Source: a virus (lineage: Duplodnaviria; Heunggongvirae; Uroviricota; Caudoviricetes). From it: 64,000 nt of DNA. A program made the translations under genes and the position numbers. Below the pieces are notes generated by a model, which saw only the letters and a program-made list of their open reading frames with translations, was not told where the DNA came from and did no database searches. The stretch lies in IMG/VR virus record IMGVR_UViG_3300008107_000010. The stretch is one strand, 5' to 3'. Shown here piece by piece: positions 47,315-57,133 of the stretch. Numbering within the stretch: the stretch's first letter is position 1; each line of letters opens with the position of its first letter.

Positions 47315-48265
47315 TTACGATTTTATAATCGTTTGTAGTTTATATACACAGCTTAACATAGTAATAACTGGATCAATTACATGTACTCGTTGTGCTTGAT
47401 GTTCGGCTACAGTTATGGCAATCTGTGGAATATGTTTAACGCTGTTTGGTTTTTCTGACTGGACGTATTCGATAAAATCATTACCAAGACATTGTAAAAC
47501 ATCATCAACTCGATTACCATATTCACTTACAAGCATCTTGTAATTTTTACTAGGATCCATTTCGTTAAAAATTAATTCAAATACATCTTTATAGACTGAA
47601 TTAAACTTCTTTACATCATCAATAGTAATATTTGATGTGCCTTGAGATTTGTAACCTTGTAACTTATTTAGAGTACTGCGAAGATCTGGAAAATTACGCT
47701 TAACAAATTCAACTAATGCGGGTTTTTCAATTGTCATTTCTTCCTTTCCACAAATATCGTAAACTCGCTTAATATATTTCTTAGTCAACTCAACTTCTTC
47801 AGATTTATCAAAATCAAAGTTGATAACTTCAAAACGAGATAAGATTGGATCCGGAATTTTATTAACATAATTACATGTTGCAATAAAACGAGAATTACTC
47901 GCAAATTGCTCCATTGTTGCACGTAATGCTTTAAAGAACTGGTCAGATACACCATCAACCTCATCAAGAATTACAACTTTAAATTTTCCTTGGTCATCTA
48001 AGATTGACATAGTTGAACAAAAATCTGTAATTCTTGTACGAATAACTTCAACTGAAGTATCTGTTGAAGCATTGATATAAATGTAAGGCAAACCAAATTG
48101 ATTAACAATTGCCTTTGCTGTTGAGGTTTTTCCTGTTCCAGGACTTCCAGCCAACAACATATTCTGAGTGATGCCATCTTTAAATTTTGACATAACTCGA
48201 TCTGGGAGAATTAACTCTGATAAATTTTTAGGACGGTACTTTTCTGTAAAGAGTGAATGTATCAT
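47315..48265 (-). CDS. clamp loader ATPase subunit (RFC/T4 gp44-like)
   Basis: EKYRP N-terminal motif, Walker A LLAGSPGTGKTSTAKAI, DEVD box, and SRC-type motif ILSRFEVINF. Track ORF runs to 48337. The start is placed at the MIHSLFTEKYRP Met. Confidence 0.7.
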   Translation of the reverse strand: MIHSLFTEKYRPKNLSELILPDRVMSKFKDGITQNMLLAGSPGTGKTSTAKAIVNQFGLPYIYINASTDTSVEVIRTRITDFCSTMSILDDQGKFKVVILDEVDGVSDQFFKALRATMEQFASNSRFIATCNYVNKIPDPILSRFEVINFDFDKSEEVELTKKYIKRVYDICGKEEMTIEKPALVEFVKRNFPDLRSTLNKLQGYKSQGTSNITIDDVKKFNSVYKDVFELIFNEMDPSKNYKMLVSEYGNRVDDVLQCLGNDFIEYVQSEKPNSVKHIPQIAITVAEHQAQRVHVIDPVITMLSCVYKLQTIIKS

Positions 48266-48330
48266 GTTTTGCACTTTATTTCTAAATTTATATGACAGAA
48301 TGTCGTTTAGTTTCAAAAATAAATAACTAT

Positions 48331-48840
48331 ATGGCATTTCGTAAAAAATATCCAGAAATCGTTCGAACTGGTGGACCGTATCCTTCTAATAGGTTTGGTA
48401 TCATACTTAAAAATCTGTCAAGGCTTCAGAGAAGATTCTTAGCCGATCATCCGATTTTAAGAGAAAGGGTACAAGATGATCAGTTTGCTCAAATTATTCT
48501 AGAAATTGCAAACCATTCAGTACAACCATTTAAGTTTAAAGATCGTATGTATTACGACTGGTCAACTGGAAGTGTTGTAGAGAAAGAAGTCTTATTAGAT
48601 AATTACAACTCAATCCCATGGGTATGTGCTGTCAGTGGTAAGCCTATCACTTCTAGAACAGATGATTTTAGCCTAGAAAACTTTGTTCATCCAGAATACC
48701 ATGACATTTTAAAGGCTCCAATGGTCGATAGTCGAATTCTTAAATCTTCAGTAGAATTCCGTAAATATGTGAAAAAGCTCCTGTTGAATGAACAACAAGA
48801 GCTTTTAAAATTGGCTAAAAAGAATTCTAAGGTTAATTAA
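48331..48840 (+). CDS. hypothetical protein, the only sizeable plus-strand gene
   Basis: 170 aa from the ATG at 48331 (track ORF begins at 48292). Non-repetitive, protein-like composition, with no competing minus-strand ORF. Confidence 0.4.
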   Translation: MAFRKKYPEIVRTGGPYPSNRFGIILKNLSRLQRRFLADHPILRERVQDDQFAQIILEIANHSVQPFKFKDRMYYDWSTGSVVEKEVLLDNYNSIPWVCAVSGKPITSRTDDFSLENFVHPEYHDILKAPMVDSRILKSSVEFRKYVKKLLLNEQQELLKLAKKNSKVN

Positions 48841-50144
48841 CCTAGTAAAACTCTCATCCTATCAGCAACTGACATGCTGAATTTAGATTCATTTAATTTT
48901 GATTCATTCTGAAGTTTCTTAAGTTCCATTTCATAAATTCTACCTAATTCAGTTCCTTCTAATTGCCAAGATTCATTCTTAGAAATTTTATCAATTTTAG
49001 CTTGGATATTCTTAACTTTTTCTTCATCACCAGCATTTTTAGCATCTTCTAATTGTTTCTTAAAACCTTTTAGTAATTCTGCCTTCTTATTTTCTTTATT
49101 ATCTCCAGTTTCTGCTGGTTTTTCAGATTTAACATCGTTTAATGCTTGTTGGAATTCACCAACTTTACCCTGTGCAGTTGAAATAGCTTTATCATCTTTT
49201 TTCAATTTAGCAATTTGTAAATCTATTTGAGCCATGCTTAAATTATTTTGAGCCTCTCCTGCCTTATCTTCTGGAGCAATTTTCTTTGCTTTTAATTCTC
49301 CTTTTTTAATATTTAGCTTTTCGATTTCTGCTTTAGCACCTTCTTCTTTAGCTTTTTTATCAGTTTCTTCTTTAGCTTTTCTATCAGTTTCAGCTTTAGC
49401 ATCGTTATCTTTCTTTGCTTGTGCTGCAGCATCTTCTTTAGCTTTTTTATCGGCTTCGGCTTTAGCAGCTTTAGCTTCATCAGATAAATCTTTAATAGCA
49501 TCTTGCTCTTCAGCATATCTTTTCTGTAATTCTCCCATTGATGATGCTAAATCTTTCTTTTTCTTTGGATCGTCTTCCATGCCACTAGATCTTTTAACTA
49601 GTTCCATTCTACCTTTAATCTTTTCAGATTTAATTACTTTCTGAACATAAGATCCTCTATCTTTTGCCTTGTCATCAACAGCCGTTTGTAGATCAGATAT
49701 TTGACTGTCAATAGTTTTCTTTTTAGCAAGAATTGCATCTTTTTTAGGCTTGTCTGCGCCAGATCCAAGATTATCAGCAGCAATCTGCATATCTAGAGCA
49801 TTCATTTTCATTTTGTTGATTTTCTTTTGCATATTACGATATTTTGGTGCAAAAAGAAAATCTTTAATTTTATCCATTGCTGTTTCTTCTCCAGCTTCAT
49901 TAAGAACTGAATCGCCAATAGATTCTAATTCTTCTTTTACTTGTGATGCTAACTGCGATAAGTTAGTCATGATAGTGTCAATATCACTAATAATTTCTTC
50001 TCTTGAAAAGTTTCCAGTTGAAGGAATTGCAGCAGTATCGACTGTTGGTGCGTCGGTATTATCAGTGGTTGTTGCAACCGGTTCGGGAGTATTAACCGCC
50101 TCGAGAATGTTTGAATACCAAGAATTGAAGTTTAATTTTTTCAT
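48837..50144 (-). CDS. Lys/Glu/Ala-rich coiled-coil protein (scaffold or head-associated?)
   Basis: 435 aa with a long KAKEDAAAQAKKDNDAKAETDRKAKEE-type low-complexity helix, between the capsid and replication genes. Confidence 0.4.
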   Translation of the reverse strand: MKKLNFNSWYSNILEAVNTPEPVATTTDNTDAPTVDTAAIPSTGNFSREEIISDIDTIMTNLSQLASQVKEELESIGDSVLNEAGEETAMDKIKDFLFAPKYRNMQKKINKMKMNALDMQIAADNLGSGADKPKKDAILAKKKTIDSQISDLQTAVDDKAKDRGSYVQKVIKSEKIKGRMELVKRSSGMEDDPKKKKDLASSMGELQKRYAEEQDAIKDLSDEAKAAKAEADKKAKEDAAAQAKKDNDAKAETDRKAKEETDKKAKEEGAKAEIEKLNIKKGELKAKKIAPEDKAGEAQNNLSMAQIDLQIAKLKKDDKAISTAQGKVGEFQQALNDVKSEKPAETGDNKENKKAELLKGFKKQLEDAKNAGDEEKVKNIQAKIDKISKNESWQLEGTELGRIYEMELKKLQNESKLNESKFSMSVADRMRVLLG

Positions 50145-50169
50145 TGTTCAATATTTTATTTGACTATGG

Positions 50170-50183
50170 TTTATATATTTACA
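50170..50183 (-). promoter_or_regulatory. late-type motif (minus GTAAATATATAAAC)
   Basis: Upstream of 48837..50144. Confidence 0.3.
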
Positions 50184-50198
50184 TTTCTAGGTAAAAAA

Positions 50199-50229
50199 GA
50201 AAAGGCTCTCCATTTGGAGAGCCTTTCTT
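50199..50229 (-). terminator. intrinsic terminator after the capsid gene
   Basis: aaaaggctctcc-attt-ggagagccttt, followed on the minus strand by TCTTTTTTACC. Confidence 0.55.
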
Positions 50230-50269
50230 ATAAAAATTGTACTATTAAGTATTATACTCTTAAGTAAAA

Positions 50270-51751
50270 TTATGCTAAGTTTAATAGGTTAGCAAATGCA
50301 GAACCGTCTGCTTTAGTAACACTGAACTTAACGTATTGAGTTTCAGGGTGGAAACCAGCTTCAACTAGAGCGAATCTAGATTTAACCGCAATTTTAGGAG
50401 CCATAGTTCCTTCAGCGATAGTTTGTACTGATTCAGCCATTAAGTAAGGCATGAAAACTAATCCAGGACCATTACCATCACCTTTTCTACCTACTAATAC
50501 GTGATTGTAGTTCCAAGCCCATTTAGGGTTAGTGTAAACTTGTACACCAGCTACTGAACCTACTGGGTAGATTGCACCTGCAGCTTGAGATACTGTATTA
50601 GCAAATGGATTTGGTACGAAACCAGCAACAGCTTGAAGAACTGTAGCAACTTGAGGACCTACAACTGCAAAGTTACCTGCACCTCTACGACCACGGTTAG
50701 CGATCAAGTTAGCAGCAGCTAAAATACCAGTTAAGATTTTTCTGTGCTCAGAACCTTCAGTTTGACCACCTGTGAAAGATGCAGCTGCAACTAATTTTAC
50801 GTTTAATGCACCTGAAGCGAATTCACCAGCAGCAACCGCTCTAGTTAAGTTAGTAGTACCTAAAGTAGCGATGTTATTGATGATTAAGTCGTTGATGTTT
50901 TGAGTTAACTCGTTAACAAGTACTGCTTCAACTTGAGCAACAGCGTCAACGCCGAATTGCTTAAGATCTTGTACCTGCTCTCTTGTTACTGCAGCAGCAA
51001 CTTGGAAAGTCTTAGCTTCAACAGCTTTGCTGAATAAAGATAGACCCATGATTTTTTCGTTAGTTTGCTCACCAACACCTCTTGTGAAAGGATCACCGTT
51101 AGCGTCTCCAGAGAAGCTAGGGATGTGATCTTCTAAAGCTTTTACTAATTCTACAGTTACTGAACCAGAAGTTACAGTAAATAGATCAGCAACAGTTCCA
51201 GCAGTTGAAGTTACGAAAGCTTCACCAGCATCATTGATTTTGTAGATGTTTTTACCATCGATACGAGATGTACCAATTAAAACAGCTCCAACTTGAGTAC
51301 CTGCAGTACCTGAATCAATATCAGCTAAAGCAAGACCTGTACCAGATGCTTTAACAATTGTAGGAGTAGTTGTACCAGCTAACTTACCACCTTCGTAAAC
51401 GAAGTCTAAGTAAGATAATAGACCCATAGGACCAGCCATAGGAATAACAGGTACTAAGTCTAAACCGATAGTTTGAGCAGCTACTTGCATTGCTAAAGGT
51501 AACAATGTAGGAGCTTTATCACCAGAACCTTTTGCAACACCATCAACGGCACCAGGAAGTGCAACAGCACCCATACCGAAAATGTTACCTGCAGAACCAA
51601 GTGACATCATATTTGCGTCTTCGTACAACTTGTGGTTGTGGCAGTACTCAGACATCCAAGCTAGTTTAGAAGCATCATTGATACCAGTAGCAGATTCGAT
51701 GATCGGCGACCATGTCTCTCTGATTTCAGCTTCATTAATTAAATTTGCCAT
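50270..51751 (-). CDS. major capsid protein (T4 gp23 family)
   Basis: GNFAVVGPQVATVLQA aligns with T4 gp23 GNFIIASRNVVNVLAS. 493 aa. Confidence 0.8.
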   Translation of the reverse strand: MANLINEAEIRETWSPIIESATGINDASKLAWMSEYCHNHKLYEDANMMSLGSAGNIFGMGAVALPGAVDGVAKGSGDKAPTLLPLAMQVAAQTIGLDLVPVIPMAGPMGLLSYLDFVYEGGKLAGTTTPTIVKASGTGLALADIDSGTAGTQVGAVLIGTSRIDGKNIYKINDAGEAFVTSTAGTVADLFTVTSGSVTVELVKALEDHIPSFSGDANGDPFTRGVGEQTNEKIMGLSLFSKAVEAKTFQVAAAVTREQVQDLKQFGVDAVAQVEAVLVNELTQNINDLIINNIATLGTTNLTRAVAAGEFASGALNVKLVAAASFTGGQTEGSEHRKILTGILAAANLIANRGRRGAGNFAVVGPQVATVLQAVAGFVPNPFANTVSQAAGAIYPVGSVAGVQVYTNPKWAWNYNHVLVGRKGDGNGPGLVFMPYLMAESVQTIAEGTMAPKIAVKSRFALVEAGFHPETQYVKFSVTKADGSAFANLLNLA

Positions 51752-51834
51752 TTTTTAAATGAATTTATTTTTGTGTTTTAGCGTTATGCTCGACATGCTT
51801 AGATTTTTGCTTCTTATCTAATATCGTCGATTGT

Positions 51835-51844
51835 TTTATATATT
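51835..51844 (-). promoter_or_regulatory. late-type motif ATATATAAAACAAT (minus) upstream of the capsid gene
   Basis: Plus-strand attgttttatatat, an identical 14-mer to 55944-55957. Confidence 0.4.
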
Positions 51845-51880
51845 TGTGAATTTTTTCAAATTTTCCAATTTTTCAAAAAA

Positions 51881-53869
51881 TTACTTTTTGAATCTTTTTG
51901 CAAATTCTTCTTTCATACCATCTACGTTGTATGGTAATTTAGAAACTTTTTCTTCAGCTTTAGCAGATTCATTAACTACTTCAATTTTTTCCATTACTGG
52001 AGCAGTTTCTCTTAAATCTCTTGTTTGCCAGAAGTTTCTTACTTGATATTCAGTTTCTAATTTATGATATTTAGACTGGGCAAGTAATTGATTCTTTTTG
52101 CTTTCAGATAATTTATTCCATGTTTCTCTGTATTCAGCAGGCATAGCTTTGATTACCATTGGTTCGTTTTCAACTGGAGCTCCAGCTACTGCATTATTCC
52201 ATAATGCATAGATTTGAGATTCAGTTAAGAAACCTTTACCTTCAACAGCTTTGGTAATTTTTGCTTTTGCTTCATCAGTTAAAGCATTGAATTCTTCAAC
52301 TTTTGATTCAGAAATAAATTTAAAGAAGTTTGGAGTTGTTGCAGGTTTTGCAGTTGCTTTTTCAACTAAAATTTGTAATTTCTCAGTGATTGCTTTCTTA
52401 TAAGCATCCATTCTATCAACTTCTTCAGTTACTTCTTTACCAATATTTTCGCCTTCTGCTTCAGAATCTTTAATATCTTTTTCTAATTCTTTAGAATCAT
52501 CTTCAGCTCTGTCTTCAGCTTTAGCATATTTAGTGCCTTCGCCATCTACAACTGGAGGTGTAGTATCTTTTAATTCTGTAGATTTAAGATCTTCAGCGTG
52601 TGTGCCAGTTTCGCCAGCAGCTTCGGTTACTTCTTTACCAATGTTTTCACCTTCTGCTTCAGAATCTTTAAGATCTTTTTCTAATTCTTTAGCTGTATCT
52701 TCGATAGCATCTTCACCAGTTGGTTGTTTTTTGCCATCAAATTCTACTTTTGGAGTTTTGTCATCAGACATTTTCTTAATTTTTTCAGCAGGTAAACCAG
52801 CTTCTTCTCCATCAGCTTCAACTAATAAGTTTTTATTTACTGATTCAGCAATATATTCAGCATACTCAGTTACTTTTTCTAAACTTTCTTTTAAATAAGT
52901 AACATACTTAAGCATATTATCATGAGATGTTGCACCTTCGTTAAATGCCTCAGCTAAATAGTTTGAGTATTCTTTTACTTGGTTTACTGATTCACCAATT
53001 TTTTCACTGTATTGAATAGATTGGTCTAATTTTTCAGCAACATGATCTCCGTGTTGAATAGACTCGTCTACTTTTTCAGCTAAATAATTGTTATATTCAA
53101 TTACTGAATTCATTTTTTCAGCTAAGTATGATGAATATTCTTTAAGATTTTCAACTTCTTTAGCAAAAGTACCTTCGTTCTTTTCCTTAAGTGATTCTTT
53201 AATACCCTTCATCTCTTCTGCTAAGTACTTAGAATATTTGTTAAAATCTTCTGTACTTACAAATCTAGATTGTTCCATTTTGTTTTCTTCTATGGTTTGT
53301 GTTTGGTTGTCTTCTGTACTATTTATCTCATAAATTAGAATATCGCCTTCATCTTCAAAACCAAAAGCCTCATTTACTCTTTTTAATTCAGCATTAGCAA
53401 ATCCAGGATCTGCAACTAAATCGTATGTAAATAATTGTTTGATTTTTACTTTTCCGTCTGATTCAACGACACCAGCTGCTCTAGATGAGATATGAAGAGG
53501 TACTCCAGCATCAACTAATGCTTTTGCTTGTTTACCAGCATCAGTATCAAGTAGCCTAATTCTACCCATTACTTTTTTGCTTTCTTTGTCATAAGTTAAT
53601 TCTTCAATAACGTGTGATACGTTTTTAAGAGAAATATCAAATGCTTGAGGGTGATCAAGTTCACCAAGTAATTTTGATGAACCTATTTTAGCCTGTAGAG
53701 CTTCGATTTGAGGAAGGTATTCGCTTTCAGTATAGATTCTGTTATTTCTATTCTTAACACCAATCTCACCAAAACAGCCTTCTAGTACATAAGCACCAGA
53801 ATCCTCTTGGTTGAAGGTCAACGTACTATTTGACCTTTCTAGAATAAGTAGTTTACTTTGTGGAGTCAT
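51881..53869 (-). CDS. prohead protease fused to scaffold-like repeat domain (T4 gp21/gp22-like)
   Basis: The N-terminal ~200 aa have a prohead-protease-like profile (GELDHP, HISSRAAG). The C-terminal 450 aa are acidic with repeated YSxYLAEKx and KELEKDIKDSEAEGENIGKEVTE units. Track start at 53881 is GTG. The ATG is at 53869. Confidence 0.55.
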   Translation of the reverse strand: MTPQSKLLILERSNSTLTFNQEDSGAYVLEGCFGEIGVKNRNNRIYTESEYLPQIEALQAKIGSSKLLGELDHPQAFDISLKNVSHVIEELTYDKESKKVMGRIRLLDTDAGKQAKALVDAGVPLHISSRAAGVVESDGKVKIKQLFTYDLVADPGFANAELKRVNEAFGFEDEGDILIYEINSTEDNQTQTIEENKMEQSRFVSTEDFNKYSKYLAEEMKGIKESLKEKNEGTFAKEVENLKEYSSYLAEKMNSVIEYNNYLAEKVDESIQHGDHVAEKLDQSIQYSEKIGESVNQVKEYSNYLAEAFNEGATSHDNMLKYVTYLKESLEKVTEYAEYIAESVNKNLLVEADGEEAGLPAEKIKKMSDDKTPKVEFDGKKQPTGEDAIEDTAKELEKDLKDSEAEGENIGKEVTEAAGETGTHAEDLKSTELKDTTPPVVDGEGTKYAKAEDRAEDDSKELEKDIKDSEAEGENIGKEVTEEVDRMDAYKKAITEKLQILVEKATAKPATTPNFFKFISESKVEEFNALTDEAKAKITKAVEGKGFLTESQIYALWNNAVAGAPVENEPMVIKAMPAEYRETWNKLSESKKNQLLAQSKYHKLETEYQVRNFWQTRDLRETAPVMEKIEVVNESAKAEEKVSKLPYNVDGMKEEFAKRFKK

Positions 53870-53890
53870 ATTTATAGACACTATGTTTCT

Positions 53891-53900
53891 TTATATATCT
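53891..53900 (-). promoter_or_regulatory. late-type motif (minus AGATATATAA) upstream of the protease-scaffold gene
   Basis: Plus-strand ttatatatct. Confidence 0.35.
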
Positions 53901-53929
53901 GATTGATTTTTCAATTTTTTAATTTTTCA

Positions 53930-54295
53930 TTAAAGCTCTTCTAATCCGGCTTCAGCGTCAGCAACATCGGCTTCTGCATCGGCACCGCCTTCTTCTTTTT
54001 TCTTATCGTCTTCTTGATTTTCTTTGTTCTCTTCTTCTTTCATTTCATTGTAAAAAGTCTTTAATTTAGACATTTCTTCAGTTTTGAAAGCGTCTTGACC
54101 ATAAGTATTAAAGAAATAATCTTCAAACTCTTGTTCTGTTGCTGAGGCTGCAATTGCACCTAGTGTTTCAGCAGCTTTGATTACCGTGCCGTCTTCTAAT
54201 GTAACATCTTCTACATATACTTTAGAATCTTCTGCTTTTAAAGCTTCTGCTTCGGCAACGAATTCTTCAAATGTTTTAATAATTTTCATTTTCAT
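53930..54295 (-). CDS. small acidic prohead core or scaffold-like protein
   Basis: 121 aa with an E/D/A-rich C-terminus, between the portal and protease genes. Confidence 0.35.
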   Translation of the reverse strand: MKMKIIKTFEEFVAEAEALKAEDSKVYVEDVTLEDGTVIKAAETLGAIAASATEQEFEDYFFNTYGQDAFKTEEMSKLKTFYNEMKEEENKENQEDDKKKEEGGADAEADVADAEAGLEEL

Positions 54296-54313
54296 TTTGG
54301 TTTTGTTTAAAAT

Positions 54314-55927
54314 TTAGAATCCCATTCCTCCGCCACCGCCCATTGCAGCCATTGGATCTGCTGGTGGTTCTTCGGCTTTTTCAGCATCTTTTCTAGCTTT
54401 ATACGCTTCGTTAGCTGCTTTATCGTCTGGGGAAAGTTTTAAGTATCTGTCAACCAAGAATTCTAAGTCAAAGTAATGTTCTTCTTCCATTGTCATTGGG
54501 TTAGCAATCATCAGGTCTTGGTTCATTTTAGAGATAAAGTCTAATCTCTTTTCCATTATTTCCATTTCTTTTAACTCAGCAAACATGTTCTCTTCATTGT
54601 ATCTCAATGCAATTTGAGTTTTGAATCCAGGATCATCAGAAAATTCTGGATATTTTAAACACATTTGTAAGTATAGTGGTTTTACAAGTATTTCTTGGAA
54701 TGAGCTTCTTAAACGATTAATAAATTTAGAGAATTTAATCTCATCACGAATCATACCATCTGCTGCCAAGTTAAAGTCTCCTCCTCCATCTTCATACATA
54801 AATCTATTAAATGGAATTTTAGAAACTTGTTTTAACTTATCAGAGAAATATTTAAGAGCTTCAGTGTCTGATAATTCTGGTCCATCTCCACCTAAAGTTT
54901 CAATTTCTGGTTGTTCACCATCTTTAGAAGGTAACCAATATTCTTTATTAAATTGAAGCATTGGTTTACCATTAGTTTTCAGCATACCTGAATCCCAATC
55001 GAAATCAACAACTTCTTTATAGTTATTCATTAATTGTGCTAACGATTGTTTAGCACGTGTTTTAGATTTACCTCCAACTGGAATAATGAATTTCATTCTA
55101 TATGAGGCATTGGTAACAGCCCAAATAACTCTGGTGTGTTCCATAACTCTTAATAAGTTAAAAGCTCTAATTAATCTTTCAACATAAGAAACTCTAGAAG
55201 CTGTGGTAATTGAAGAATAAGAAATATAGATAATCTGCGCATCATATAATTTTCTTTCTTTGATTGGATCGTCTTTAAACTGGATCCAAACTTTTTTACC
55301 ATCTTCTTTATTATATGCTGGAACTAATGTAATAGGATCGATTTCTTTAAAACCGATAATCTCAGATTGTTCAGGGTTATAGATAATTTCAAATGCAAGA
55401 TAACCATCAACTAACCATTTGCGGAAATAGAACCACGCAGATTGATCTTGTGCAAAGCCAAAATATTGATAAATTTGACGGAATGCTTTATTTAGATAAT
55501 TATTAACTTCCTCTGAAATCTCCATTCCAATAATTGATGGATTTGCAATAAAGTTTTTCTCATCATAAACAACCGCTTCATCACAAAGAATATCTAAAAT
55601 ATCTTCAATTTCATCGTACATTGAGAATTGACGTAATTCATCTCTCTTTGTTTTATAATTCATGTCAAAGAACGGAATGTTCTTTCTCATGTTTGTATCT
55701 GCCATTGATAAAGCTGCAAATGCTCCATAAATGTCGTCATTATCGATACCCATCACATTCATTTGGCCGTAACCAAATTGATCTTCTGCTGGACCAATTG
55801 CTTGAGATTGTCGTAGTACTAAATCATCATAGTACATACCAAAAGAAGATAACCTTTTTAATCCGTCACTTAGATTAAAAGGTCTTCTGGCACTAAAGGG
55901 TCCATTTTTATTTACAAATCCAGCCAT
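54314..55927 (-). CDS. portal protein
   Basis: 537 aa (T4 gp20 is similar in size). Lies immediately upstream of the prohead core, protease and capsid genes. Gly-rich C-terminal tail. Confidence 0.55.
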   Translation of the reverse strand: MAGFVNKNGPFSARRPFNLSDGLKRLSSFGMYYDDLVLRQSQAIGPAEDQFGYGQMNVMGIDNDDIYGAFAALSMADTNMRKNIPFFDMNYKTKRDELRQFSMYDEIEDILDILCDEAVVYDEKNFIANPSIIGMEISEEVNNYLNKAFRQIYQYFGFAQDQSAWFYFRKWLVDGYLAFEIIYNPEQSEIIGFKEIDPITLVPAYNKEDGKKVWIQFKDDPIKERKLYDAQIIYISYSSITTASRVSYVERLIRAFNLLRVMEHTRVIWAVTNASYRMKFIIPVGGKSKTRAKQSLAQLMNNYKEVVDFDWDSGMLKTNGKPMLQFNKEYWLPSKDGEQPEIETLGGDGPELSDTEALKYFSDKLKQVSKIPFNRFMYEDGGGDFNLAADGMIRDEIKFSKFINRLRSSFQEILVKPLYLQMCLKYPEFSDDPGFKTQIALRYNEENMFAELKEMEIMEKRLDFISKMNQDLMIANPMTMEEEHYFDLEFLVDRYLKLSPDDKAANEAYKARKDAEKAEEPPADPMAAMGGGGGMGF

Positions 55928-55943
55928 ATAGCTTTAGTTTTTT

Positions 55944-55957
55944 ATTGTTTTATATAT
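55944..55957 (-). promoter_or_regulatory. late-type motif ATATATAAAACAAT upstream of the portal gene
   Basis: Identical 14-mer to the capsid-upstream site. Confidence 0.4.
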
Positions 55958-56661
55958 TAAGATTTTTTCTTGTTGTCTTTCATTTTAGCCGGTTTCTCTT
56001 TCGGTTTAGCTTTTGCAATTGCCTCTTCTATTCTTTTTCGCTTCTCTTCATTTCTAAAATTAGCATTATATTCTTGAAATTCTTTTCTGATTTCACCAAC
56101 AGTAGAACCATGTATCTTTGCAAATTCACATATTGCAATTTTACCCCAACTCTCATAACTTACAACAGCTTGATTTTTCTTAAGATTTGGTAAATATCTT
56201 CTAACAGCAAAACCAAACCCATAACGATCTAAAAATCTTTTAGCATTTTCATATTTAAGATCGAGAAGTGGTCTTTGTTTTCTAGCATCGGATGCATTTG
56301 TTCCTTTTGTTGCGTTTTTAATTTTAGATTTCATTGTTTCATAAATCGCATCAAGCAATGCTTGTCTAAATTTAGCAGGTAGAAGGTTTAAATTAATACC
56401 AATATCGGTATGGTCTTTAGTATCTAATGCTAAAACTACTGGGGCTTTATCCCACCATTTTAATTTTTCTTCAGTAATTGGATTCTCGTATTTAAAAACA
56501 TAAATTTTACCAGGCTCAAAACGCTTTCTAGTTGGCTTTGCCTCTAACGCCTCTCTAGCTGTAAGAGAATCTCGAAACCAGTTAGTAGCTATACTTTTTG
56601 CTTTAGCATATCCACCACTGTCTCTAAACATGTCTCTAATCTGATCCTTAATGTAACCCAT
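55957..56661 (-). CDS. hypothetical protein
   Basis: 234 aa with a basic C-terminus. Confidence 0.35.
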   Translation of the reverse strand: MGYIKDQIRDMFRDSGGYAKAKSIATNWFRDSLTAREALEAKPTRKRFEPGKIYVFKYENPITEEKLKWWDKAPVVLALDTKDHTDIGINLNLLPAKFRQALLDAIYETMKSKIKNATKGTNASDARKQRPLLDLKYENAKRFLDRYGFGFAVRRYLPNLKKNQAVVSYESWGKIAICEFAKIHGSTVGEIRKEFQEYNANFRNEEKRKRIEEAIAKAKPKEKPAKMKDNKKKS

Positions 56662-57133
56662 TTATTGTCTTTTCGGTTAATATTTGAAAGTTCCAATTTC
56701 TTCCAGCACAATAGGTTTTGGCTGCGATATATTTATCAAGATTTTTTGTATATTGCTCGACTAAAAATTTATAGCTGTCGAGAGATTTCTTTGAATTCTT
56801 TTTTGGAGGTTCTGGCTTCCTAAGTTGATCTTCCGGTTTTATTTCAATTAATAACTCTTTAACCGTTCCATCGTTTTGTAATACTTTTAAATAAAAATCT
56901 GGGCTATATGTATGCTCTCGTCCATCTAATCTCCAGAAATATTTTATTTGAATTGGTTCGCTAGACCAATAAATTACTTGCTGATTCCTGTCGCACCACA
57001 TCATAAATTTCCGTTCCCAGCTAGAACGGAAAATGATAGGCATTGGTCCAACATATTTTTCTCTATTTTGAGGAGTAAAATATCCTTGAACGAATCCTGA
57101 TTTTTTAGTAGGTTTTACATTCTTTATTGACAT
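56648..57133 (-). CDS. hypothetical protein with PD-(D/E)xK-like motif
   Basis: YSPDFYL...VKELLIEIKP. Confidence 0.3.
   Translation of the reverse strand: MSIKNVKPTKKSGFVQGYFTPQNREKYVGPMPIIFRSSWERKFMMWCDRNQQVIYWSSEPIQIKYFWRLDGREHTYSPDFYLKVLQNDGTVKELLIEIKPEDQLRKPEPPKKNSKKSLDSYKFLVEQYTKNLDKYIAAKTYCAGRNWNFQILTEKTINGLH

Noticed and set aside
47300-47318. Hairpin acgatt-ttat-aatcgt after the clamp loader gene
   Set aside because: It is short, AT-rich and flanked by an A-run on the minus strand. It is not convincing as a minus-strand terminator.
53869-53876. Exact TATAAATA (minus strand) at the protease-scaffold start
   Set aside because: It overlaps the start codon itself, so it cannot serve as that gene's promoter. 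It is probably chance in AT-rich sequence.
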